Assembly: GCF_026571515.1 (NCBI RefSeq)
Contig: NW_026866561.1
Span: 1 to 64,000 of the forward strand
Source: Ruditapes philippinarum
Taxonomy: Eukaryota
Reading direction: 5' to 3'
Length of the DNA: 64,000 nucleotides
Shown: positions 53,105 to 64,000 of the stretch, one piece after another
Numbering within the stretch: the stretch's first letter is position 1
Layout: every line of letters begins with the position of its first letter
Translations under genes and position numbers: made by a program
Notes under the pieces: generated by a model
Told to the model about the DNA's origin: nothing
What the model saw: the letters and a program-made list of their open reading frames with translations, nothing else
The model's database searches: none

Positions 53105-53255
53105 ATATACTAAGACCCAACAGACAATAACTCTACAAAGCTCATAATATTTCTATACTAATACCCCACAAACACACTACAAAGTACAACATATACATTA
53201 AGACCCAACAAACCAGATCCTCTCTATCAAGACCCCACAAATCACATCATCAATG
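53105..53255 (+). repeat. degenerate TAAGACCCCACAAACCACATC minisatellite
   Basis: Same unit as 62905-63270. Confidence 0.6.
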
Positions 53256-54225
53256 TATATTTACATATATGTAGTAAAACTTTATTTCTATTAATCTGCA
53301 GTTCTTGGTAAGAAGTGCATTTTGAGGCAATTTATGATAACTAGACATAGAACGTAATAACTAACCATTAAAATGTCATGTAAAATATTTTTTTTTACTT
53401 TCCAAATGCAAAGCTGACAATATATAGGACATGTAACTGTCAAAATATATAACATATTCATTATCATATGTGTGAATGCAACATCTGACTCTTTCTTCTT
53501 GACTTAAAAAATCATATACTTTGTTTACATGACTCCTTCTTAATAAGAAAATTGCAAATCCACTAGACATGCACAAATGTTCAGCCATTTTTAACTACCA
53601 TGTGACTCCCCACTTCCTGTATACAAAGACCCCACATCAATGTATACACAACAGGGCCATAATGGCCATAATGAGTGAAACTCAGGTGAGCTTAAAATCT
53701 ACAAGAAAAAAAATCTCATAAAACAAAACAATTTATACCAGTACAGATAATAGAAGTCAGCAAAAAAAAATATGTAAAAATTGAAAAATTCTCACTTGTG
53801 TTCATGAAGCTTTACACTGTTTTATTCACAAAAAAATGATTACCTTTTAAAAATAAAATCAGTACTCATGTCCTACAACACACATGGTCTTTGCTAAAAA
53901 AAAAGGAAATCATATATCAAAGCTGCTTACACAAATATATAGGGATAGTTTTAGACATTGATTTTGAGCAGGACACTGTTCCACCTTTGCCATGTTCTTA
54001 AACAAAGCAATGTTGAAAAAGATTACAGTCTCGTCAAGGTAAAACATCCTTATTTTTGCCATTAAAGCACCCTTACTGATATATTGACAAAGCTCTTGTC
54101 TTTCAACATGTTTCCAGTTATTTCAAAATTCATTGATGTGAAGGGCAGTCAGATTAACTAACACATGGACACATGCTCTATAATAACAATAATGACTACA
54201 CAACAACTTCATCATTTGACCTTAA

Positions 54226-54700
54226 AAACAAGAGCACTGCTACGCAAAGCATTATATGCCGCAAAGATATTTTGTAAATGTGTATCATTTGTATGACTGT
54301 AGGTTGACCTTTGACCTTGTGACCCAAAAATCAATTGGGGCCTTACTCAATATTGGCAATCATCCCATGAGGTTTGAAAACTGTGGGCAAAATGGAACTA
54401 AATTTATTGTCCTTAAACCAAATTGCTGATGCACAGATATTGTGACCCTGACCTTTGACCCTGTAGCCCCAAAATCAATTAGGTTATGTATTGAATATGT
54501 CTGACCAGCCTATGAAGTTTGACAGCTGTAGGATAATTAATACTTAAGTTATTGAGCGGAAACCGTTTTTTGTTTTAAGGTAATAGTGACCATGACCTTT
54601 TGAGCCCAAAATCAATAGAGTTCTTCTTCTCAATATGGGCAATCATCCAATGAAGTTTAAAGACTGTGGGCCAAATGGAACTTTGTCCGGAAACCAAATT
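54226..54700 (-). mobile_element. HINE-type element with TGACCTTTGACC repeats
   Basis: Starts AAACAAGAG; three ~145-bp units containing GACCTTTGACC..CCAAAATCAAT. Confidence 0.65.
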
Positions 54701-55370
54701 GTAAGATTTAGAATTGAAACATTTCAGTACTACAATAAAACAAGAAAAGTGGCGGAGAAAGGTCAGGTGAGCGGTTAAGACCTCAAACAATGTGTTTCCT
54801 ACAATTTAAGATAGTTTAATTTCAAGAAATGTAAACAAGTTGCAAACACAAATGATAATTTGAAAAATGAAAAACACTTAATAAAATTCCCAAAACCAAA
54901 TAGTGACAACAGTAAATTTAGTATTTAGCTATATTTTTAATTAGTTTAATACATCTATTCCTATTTTGTAAAAATTATATGACATAAAATGTAGCATAGG
55001 AATTAACCTTAATATTACTAGTTTGGCAGTTACTGGAATGTTTTTAATAATACATCTGATAACATTCCTTCTTTTATTTAATGTGTATCAAATTATAGGA
55101 GTAGGTTATGAGTCAAAAGTGTATTTTATTTCTATAATTGATCCAGTAAGATACTGAGAATATTTACCCAATTGAAATGATTTGTTCATACAAATGAGAT
55201 TACTGATAATAGAATAATACCTCAAAACTGTTTAATTATCAGTATATCGCAATGAATGTGAATTCAATGTAAAAAATGTTACACTTAAAATCAGACATGA
55301 AAAAACAGTAAACTAGTATATGATGAACATCAAATATCAAATAATAACATTTAAACATAACTTAATATCT

Positions 55371-55781
55371 AAACAAGAGGGTCATGATGGCCCTTTATCG
55401 CTCACATGAATATGACTGCCTTTTAAGAATGCTTCTGTGTGACCCATTATTGACCCCAGGTAACCCATATTCGAACTTGAGCTAAAAATCATCTCAACAA
55501 GCTTTTTGGCCAATTTCCAGGATATCCGGACTGAAATAGTGGCCCCTAGGGTGTTAACAAGATTTTTCTATTATTAGCTCCTTTGATCTAGTTCTTCTTC
55601 GAGATGACCCATATTCGAACCCGTCCGAGCAATTACCATAACATCCTGACCAAGTTTGATGACAATTGAGGCAAAATGTAACCACTAGAGCGTTAACAAA
55701 CTAAAACTACGATGGATGTCGGACAGTTGCCGATCCTAATAGCTCCCCCCCCCCCCGAGTGAAACTCAGGTGAGCTAAAAA
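55371..55781 (-). mobile_element. complete HINE-type element
   Basis: AAACAAGAGGGTCATGATGGCCCT...GCTCAC at one end, TGAAACTCAGGTGAGCTAAAAA at the other, with internal repeats. Confidence 0.75.
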
Positions 55782-55856
55782 ATATATTAAAGCAATTTTA
55801 TCAATGGGGCAGGGGGGATTTTAGATAATACACTATATCTCTTTGAAGTCAACTGT

Positions 55857-58246
55857 CTAGGAAAGCTGTTCAACATTACATTTAGCTTTCCCCATTATAA
55901 TGTTGTTTATCTTGCTTCGAATAACTGCTTCTGATCTTTCTTTTAAGCTATGATATTTATCAATGGCAAAATTTATTTCCTTTGTACTGGGGTTTCTTTT
56001 TTCAATAATATGCACTTTGAATTCCTTCATTAAATCACTTTCTTCCTCCATTGTCCATCTTTTCCTTTTACAGCCTGCAAAGTCAAAACATTATTCATGT
56101 TATTTTACACATTAAATCTAATGTCTTACTGAATTGAAATCTTTACTGTGTGTAGATTGAAGTAAAATAAGATCTTAGGTGTCTTAAGCATTCAAACAAA
56201 CACAAACATCATTTTTACTAGAAACTATAAACTTATCATGACATATCAGAATATTGACATAACTACAGTATTAAGCTGAGTTAAGGACATAGTGATTAAA
56301 ATACAGTCGACTCTCACTCCCTGGACTTGGATGGCGCGAATACCCTCGTTCGCTCGAACTACTTGTCAGGTCCCAAATTTTCTTTCTATACATTCTCTAT
56401 TGTTTTATTCCAGATGGCTAGAACACAGATAACTTGAACTCTCGAACTCCATGTCTGGTCCCTTCAGCTAATTTATAGTGTAATTCAAACCTTTTGGCTC
56501 AAACAAAAAATTGTCAACCAGTGAAATGTTTTGCACAGTGCAAACTGTTTGCACCTCCATTGTTGTAACAAGCTAGCCATCTAAACCGGTGCGTGTTTTT
56601 AGCAATATTGTGCAATTAACAATAGACAAAGACTTTACAAAAGAAAATGTATCCTTTTGTCATAGATCTATCTGTCATGTGCACTGAATTTATATAATGT
56701 GAATATTAGATATTATAACTATATAGTTGCACATGTATTCATATTATTTTACAGTAAGTATAATTGACAGTTTGATTCTACAGCATAATGTGCCGGTATA
56801 AGAGCGGTATTTATTACCACGCATACAGCTATAGACAGGTATTATTGAGCCGTAGTATATGAATATCAAACAAGAGGGCCATGATGGCCCTGAAATCTCT
56901 CACCTGTATATAGGTCGTAGGGGCGGGACCAATTTTAACCCAGAGGCTTTTATTTGAACAAACTTGGTAAACACCCATTTGAAGATGTTTCATGAAAAAT
57001 ATCTAAGCTCTAGCTCTAAGAAGAATTTTAAGTATTTACTATACACATATATTGAAAAACAATGACCCCCTCTGGGCGGGCCAATTTTGTCCCCAAGGCT
57101 TTTATTTGAACAATTTTAGTAGACACTTACTAGAAGATAATTTATGCTTAATACCTAAACTCTAGCTATTTGGGTTTTTTAACAGACGATTTTTTATGTT
57201 TTTACTATAAACATATAAGGAAAATCAATGATCCCCGTGGTGGGGCCAATTTTAACCCTCTTTTTCATCATGAATTTTCTCTTCAGCACTGTCACTTTCT
57301 TTTTCTTTATTTATTGATATACTTTCAACTGACACAGGCAAGTCTTGCATCAATTTCCTTTCAACCTTATCTGATTGTATTTTCAAGACTGAATCTTTTT
57401 TTATAACACTTGCAACTTCATTGTCAAACTCATTTTCACTGTCAGATTTATTTTGTAAAAGCTCTTCTTTTGCTTTTGATTTACTCAAAGTTGTTTTTGT
57501 AAAGGTAATTGGTTTTGTATCTCTCCCTTGTGCAAAAGCTTTTGATCTATCAACTGATTTTTTTTCAAATTTTCTCTTCAAACTGCTAGTGAAAAAGTTA
57601 GTTCCTACACTGTCTTTAGGCTCCTCAACTTTTTTGAAGCTTAAGCTCTCAGCCTGGTCATTTATGTCAGTCATCTCTTCATCCATCTCCTAAAAGATAT
57701 TTTAGTCAACTCTACAGTAAGAAATACCAGTATTGAGCTGGTCCATTTTTTGTCATAAATTGTATAGATCTATTAGTTTTTTTTGTAACCCATGAAACAA
57801 ATATTGTTTTATGCCTTGTCAAAACTGGCTCAGATATTATGTGCACACAATATCAGATAAAACTATTTTACCTAGTCCATATGGACAACACCTTCCACTT
57901 ATGCACCAGTGACATCTGGTACAGTTTTAAAGCTACGACCAATGTTCAAGGGTTACACAATATAAGATTGATCTAAATTTAAAAAAAAAGATTCAAGCAA
58001 AAAATTCTTAAAAATATCAGTTGATATCCCTTTCAAATATAAGCTTGTAACAGATGTTCAATTTACAAACAACATACTGACAATACAGCAAAAATAACAC
58101 TTATCATTTAACACCCATGAAGCATTTTTGATATCCTTATTGCTAAGTAAAGAATGTAAGGCTACTTACATGGACATCAAAGGGTGAATCTGTAGCAACA
58201 CCTTTCTCAATTTCTATGCCTGGGGCTGTGGTAGAAAGAAAACTTG
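55857..58246 (-). CDS. 3' exons (58170-58246, 57257-57689, 55857-56074) of a YR-family gene: acidic linker plus C-terminal Myb/SANT-like domain
   Basis: Open frames with GT-AG borders in compatible phases (0, then 1). Last exon GCKRKRWTMEEESDLMKEFKVHIIEKRNPSTKEINFAIDKYHSLKERSEAVIRSKINNII resembles the C-terminal domain of this YR family. Upstream exons not found. Confidence 0.55.
56304..56500. mobile_element. Tc1/mariner-type MITE end
   Basis: TA-CAGTCGACTCTC terminus followed by CTCGAAC repeats. Confidence 0.5.
56869..57256 (-). mobile_element. HINE-type element (family of 31020-31852), truncated
   Basis: AAACAAGAGGGCCATGATGGCCCT hairpin end plus repeat units with GGCCAATTTT..TTTGAACAA. 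Confidence 0.75.
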
Positions 58247-61200
58247 CTGTTAATTGTCAAAAATGACAGCATGATTGCCCTTAAACTGCTTATTTCAGAA
58301 AGGGCACTTACCTCCAAGCACAATTTATTGTTGTTGTTGTTTTTTCTTTGGTTATTATGTCCTATCCTCATTGAACAGAATAAATATCATTCATACTTGG
58401 TAAACCCTATTTACTTAAATCTAAATTAGCTAAATCTCTAGTTAATCTGTTCATTAATTTAGACAGGAACATAAATTCAATAAGACAAGATTTTTTAGCA
58501 TTTTTAAAGAATAATTGAGGTATACTTTTAAGGTAGACCATTGGTAAAGCATTACCTCCACTTTGAAGAGTATTCAAATAGGCTAAAATCTCTTGCAAAC
58601 TACATTGAAATTGAGGGGCGTGGGTTCAACCCCCAGAAGGGGCAACTTTTTTTTCTTTCCTTTTTTTCTTTTTAACATTATTTATGTATCTCTCTGATCC
58701 CTTATAGAAGACAAAAGGGTTTGATTTAAATTATATAATTATTGTAGTATTTTATTTGCTAAATAATGCCAAAATTTATCGCAAATATGATACCAGATAT
58801 TTTCAATGTTTAATAAAATAAAAACTACACGGTAAAAGTATTTTATATTTCGCATGATCAACCAATATACCTTTAAGAAAATTTAGGCAAACTTTGAAAA
58901 CATCTCCTCCTTATGGTAAATTTTAGGAATATTTTGAATAAGGCATTTTAGATAGGGAAATGGTAAAATTAGTGTTTAAAGTAGGTGGGGTAGGGTAACA
59001 TTTTTATACATATGAAGAACATTTTATTTAGAAACAAACATTTTGCTTGTGTCATTTGTTACCTGAATGTTATTCTTAGTTTTTTAACAATGGGCAATAG
59101 AAAAACATTTTTTATAATGATGATATTACATTATTTCCTCATTTCTGAAAATGACCCCTTCTAATGGCAAAGTCTTAGTTCAGAAATATATCCATAACTC
59201 ATAAACCACACGGTAAATTTTATTTAAATTTTGCATACAGGTGACCTTGAAGACATATAACTGTCTTATGTTGCCAGTTTTACAGTTCCTTATGGTTCCC
59301 ATTACCCATGGTCTACCTTAAATCAAATATTGCCTAACAAATGAATAAAGAGCACGAGAGTAGTTCAGGGTTCAAGCTAGAAAAAAAGTTTTTTGAAAAA
59401 AAGAAGACAACTTTGAATCAAGTAACCTTTCCTGTAATTAAAGGAAAACGAAAGAGGATAGTGGCAGTTCGAACAAACTTTATTAAGACCTATTTAATTC
59501 AAGGCCATAACTCGGCCAAAACTCATTCAAGTGGAAAACCCGTGTTATATGCACAAATACTTGAGCTACCAATAAATCCTGTAAAATTTCACTGAAGTTG
59601 CATAAGTGGTATAAGAGGAGTAGTCAACTCGAATTCTAAAAATAGAATGTGTTTAAACACAAATGCCCCCGGCTCAGATTCTTGTGAGGAACTATATTTC
59701 AAAATATGTTTATCCATTCACTAAGTTACGGACAGATAAATTGCCAAAAAAATTGTAAATACAGTTAACTTGACAAGAGTCACAGTGTCTTGTAATTGTG
59801 AAAAATATAAGTTGGCAAGTCATTGCTATGACACGTGATGAAGTTCAAAAATATTTAACTTTTGAGAGAGTTGTAAAATATTCAACTTTATCAAATATAA
59901 AACTTGACCCAGAGTGCTTTTAAACAAATGGATCCTTCTGTACGAATGAGTATCAAAAATTGAATAATGATATAAGCAATATGTCATGTCGAATTGTACA
60001 CACTGTGTAGGTATACTGCACACTTTAATATACATCATTACTTCAAACTATCACAGGTCATTCTTTTTGGACAATTAATCTATATCAGGTATCTGAAATC
60101 CAAAATGTCTTACATAAAACCTGGACATTTTAATTTACTATTAGATGTTTAAGTAATCTTTATTTTGATAGAATAGCATTTGTGTAAACCTTTATGGACA
60201 CTAAATCATTTTATAATTTGAATGCCAAAAGTCAAGGTCAGTATGTAAATATTTTAAAAATTGCCTGTCATCTTCACAGGTCAGCGACTATGTCTTTGAG
60301 CCTGCATGTCTTTGCAACAATATCTTTTGTACGACCCGATTTCAAATAGAAAGGAAAACAACAGAATCCCAAAACAGCGATCAAAAGGGCAAAATTGAAA
60401 ACGTTTTAGGCTCGATTTGATTGAGCCTGTACATGGACGTTACTGGAAATTGCAAAGTACCGTCCAAGCCCCCTAGCACCGGCCTACGCAAAATTCTTAT
60501 ATGAAAGGGGGAAATTGTGAGATTTGGAATTTAGAAACATCCGCAGATGTGTTTATACGATACTTTTTATTGTTGTATTGATATAGCTACTTAATAAAGG
60601 GTCGTATTTATCAATCAAACTTTAAACATGCCTAGACATGGTTAAAAACAGATCATCTATTTATTAATTGAAATAAACTCAAATAAATGGTAAAGTCATT
60701 TTAATCTTTATTATCTTTCACCTTGAAAAAAAGTCTCGCAAACATGAACCATAAACAGTCCATGAGCTTGCATTGTCTTACGGTTAATGAATTATATAGA
60801 GTAAAACGTTTTAGGTCTACCGCGGGTATTTGATGATAGTACATGCATAGAAGATTTGACAGTTAATTGATACCAGTTCTGCAATTAATATATTGACAAT
60901 TCACTGCTGTTTACAGTCTAGTTTATTAACACAGAATGACTTGATAGAGCATTTTGGTTTTTTGCTACTAAATTATGTAAAATATATGCCGTTGAAGCCT
61001 ATGCCTTTAAATTTTATTTACTTAATTGAAAATACGAGTTTTTTTTGCGTTTTGTCTTAATTCATTGGTATTTATTCATTGTCTTAGTTAATATCAACGT
61101 CTACATTATAATTAATAGAATTAAGGACAAAATTAAATTATGGTGTTGAATTAAGGTATTTTACTGCCTTATTAGTACTAAGTATTTCCCAGTGCTTTTT

Positions 61201-61334
61201 GCTTTTTTATTTTGAAGAACTTGTTAAAAATTTGTGTTTAATTTGAGACCCCTTTTACCAAACTACGCCATAATCATGCCTATTTTCCCCCAGAAAAAGG
61301 CTGAAGCCCCTTCCCCAAAACTGGTGTTTTGGCC

Positions 61335-61545
61335 CTATAAGTGTTGTTTTGTCCAAGTATTAATCAAATCTGTCCATTAATAGCAAAGTAATTACAATTT
61401 TAGCAAAATTCAAAAATTTGACCTTGATGGTCAGTTTTGTCATAAGTGTTGTTTTGTCCAAGCATATATCAAATCGGACCATAAATACCAAAGTTATACC
61501 AATTTTACCAAAATTCAATAGTTTGACCCTCATGGTCAAGATCAT
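61335..61545 (+). repeat. ~105-bp tandem repeat, 2 copies
   Basis: ATAAGTGTTGTTTTGTCCAAG...TTTGACC.TGATGGTCA at 61337 and 61442. Confidence 0.7.
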
Positions 61546-62904
61546 TTAAAGGTCGATGTCAAATTTAGTTTGGTCATCATGGAGGTCTTGTCCAAAGTTT
61601 TTGGTTTTTTGTCAAATTTTGAAGAAAAACCCCTTTTAAAAGCTTCACAAATTTAAAAACCCAATTTTATAGAAAAATTTTCAAGAAAAATTCAATTTGA
61701 CCTTAAACTCAAAGCCTTTTCTAAAAAGGTAAAGGGTAAATTTTTCAGTCGGGGTTTGTATTGAATTTTTTTTAAATTTGATTTGAATGTTGTTACAATT
61801 TTGGGGGGAGATAAGGGTAGGGGTTTTGACCCCCCTGGGGGGGAAAAAAAATCACAGGGCCCACGGGAGAAGATACGGGGAAGGGAAGTTTAAACCTAGC
61901 GCCCGGGCCTATTTTAACCTTTTAGCTCAATTTACCAAGCCGGTGACAAAATGAAAAAAATTTATTCCAAAAAAAATTCATTCTGAACTTTCGCAATTTT
62001 TAAATCAACTTGATAATAAATTTGACAGTACCAGAAGATGGTGTCTTTTGGAATTTATGGACGACGTGGGGCTTTCCCATTCATTGCTCAGTTTGTTTGA
62101 TTTTTGACATCATAGTTGGATGCTCTCTTAGCTCGAGAGTTAAAAGATCAGCAAAGAATCATGAGACGGCATTGAACAAGTACTTAAGAGGCGGGTGTTT
62201 GGTTTATATCTGTGTACAATGACCAGGACGATGCTCAAACAGTGTCACTGAAAAAGGATTACCGTTTGCCCAGGTGATTGTTTTATGCCTGAAAGCTGTG
62301 TAGATGGACAGTGTCAGTGTTTTCCTGGTTGCAATAAAAAAAACATGCCCTGTTCTATACAGTGGCAATGATATGTACATCAGAGGTCAATGTCACTGTC
62401 ACACAGGCTAGAAGGGGATCAAGTGTGACATTAGGGAGAAATAACACTCGGGCTGCTGACCAGGGATCATCAACTATCCAATCTTCATCACCCATTCAAT
62501 TTCCAAAATCAACTAATAACTCTACAGAGAAAGAAGTTGAAGAAATGATGCATCCACAAGTAAAAATAGAAACAGTTTGTGGATTACCTTGAGAAAAGGG
62601 TTAACTATGGCTTAAAAGGTACTCAATTTACAAATATCTATAAAGTTGTTTTCAATTATAATGATGCAAATGTGCAATCTACATTTCAGCTGCACTTGGC
62701 TTTTCACATTACAATGGAGATTTAAAGCACTTATATTCTGAATAAAAGAAATGTGATAAAAATATGTTAATTAACAGCTATGTCAATTCTTTCTGAAAAA
62801 TTGTGAACGCTAAATCTTTTCAAGAATTGGAATGCATTTCATCACAATAATTTGCTGATAAAAGTTTTCTTTCCTTTTTTTGAGGCAAAGATTTCTTTAT
62901 ATAA

Positions 62905-63270
62905 TTATACTAAGACCACACAAACCACATCATATACATGTATATTAAGAAACAACAACCCAAACTTTATTTATATATTACATGTAGGACCCCACACACT
63001 ACATCATTTCTACTAAGACCCCACAAACCACTATCACATATACAAGGAGTAGGACGCCACAAAACACATCATAATATATTATATACTCTAAGACCTCATA
63101 AACCAAATCATATAAACTTGGACCCCGTAAACCACATCTCATATACCAGGATCCCAAAAACCACATCATATACACTAAGACCCTGTAAACAGCATCATCT
63201 ATACTTGGATCCCGCACACCATATATGTTTTAAATATTAAGACCCCGCAAACCACATCACTTTATACTAT
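62905..63270 (+). repeat. ~30-bp minisatellite (TAAGACCCCACAAACCACATCATATATAC)
   Basis: About 10 degenerate units. Confidence 0.85.
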
Positions 63271-64000
63271 GCAGGGGTTTGGATTTTCCATATTCCCACA
63301 GACAAGCTGAGCAGACTTTTAACCTTGTCTTCAGAATATTGCACTGGCCTCAATAAGTCAAAAATGAAATGTATCTAACACAATAGCATTATTAACACTC
63401 ACAGTGAGAAAAATCAAGAATATTAAATGACCAATAAAGAGTGATAAAAATCCATTGGTTTGAAACACATGTATTGGACAGATAACGAGGAATGTGCAAA
63501 ATCTTGCTAGTATCGAGAAATGTCAAAAAGCGTGACTCTGAGTGGATTTTTATAAATTTTTTTTCTCGGAAAAATTTAAAAAAAAGCTTTTTTGGATTTC
63601 CTGAGCCCAATAAAGGGGAACGCCCAATTTTTTTTCTCCCTTTTTGAAAAAAAAGGTGAACTCAAATGGCCAAAAAATATTTTTTTCCTTTTTTTTTTCC
63701 CCCGTTTTTTTTAATTGAAAATTTTACTTTTTTTGGGGAGTATTTTAAAAAAAATTTTTTAAATTAAAAAAAAAAAATTCAACCTTTTTGGGGGAAAATT
63801 TAAAAGAGAGAAAAAACCAAGGGGGGGGGGGGCCCGGGGGGCCAGGGAGGGGGCATTTAAAGTTCCGGCTCCCCAAAAAAACAAACTCCCTTTTTCAGTG
63901 GGTTTTGAATGTCAATTTAATTTAATTATTTAATTTTTAAATTTTGACGGTTTTAGAAATGTTTTTAAACAAAAATTTTTTAAAAAATTTCCCCAAGGGC

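Noticed and set aside
57170-57693. plus-strand ORFs 57170-57406 and 57421-57693
   Set aside because: Antisense shadows of the minus-strand exon.
62010-62592. GC-richer ORFs as possible exons
   Set aside because: Short, no identifiable domain, and no convincing splice or phase support.
62938-63240. 100-aa and 72-aa ORFs
   Set aside because: Products of the minisatellite.

Overview
AT-rich eukaryotic genomic DNA, most likely from a bivalve mollusc. This is inferred from the RUDI/BivaV-like SINE, the Helentron-type non-autonomous elements and the palindromic MITE. No intact host gene is evident, and most ORFs in the track are spurious or belong to repeats. The window is a nest of transposon relics: a ~9.07 kb CACTA/EnSpm-type element with a TAT target-site duplication (398-9469); three degraded copies of a minus-strand cassette in which a Crypton-like tyrosine recombinase (YR) exon is immediately followed by an nSTAND3-like P-loop NTPase relic (~9.9-12.3, 18.4-22.9 and 25.3-29.8 kb); a mariner 3' end; the 5' half of an L1/Tx1-like LINE; a ~6.93 kb tandem duplication (~16.3-30.15 kb); an LTR with a tRNA-Leu-like PBS; a second CACTA relic with divergent BEN-domain and transposase pseudogenes; more YR-family exons at 52.6-58.2 kb; and many MITEs and HINEs. 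Both ends of the window show homopolymer-type sequencing error. The most interesting signal is the YR + STAND-NTPase cassette. All family assignments come from manual translation and motif recall; no database search was run.
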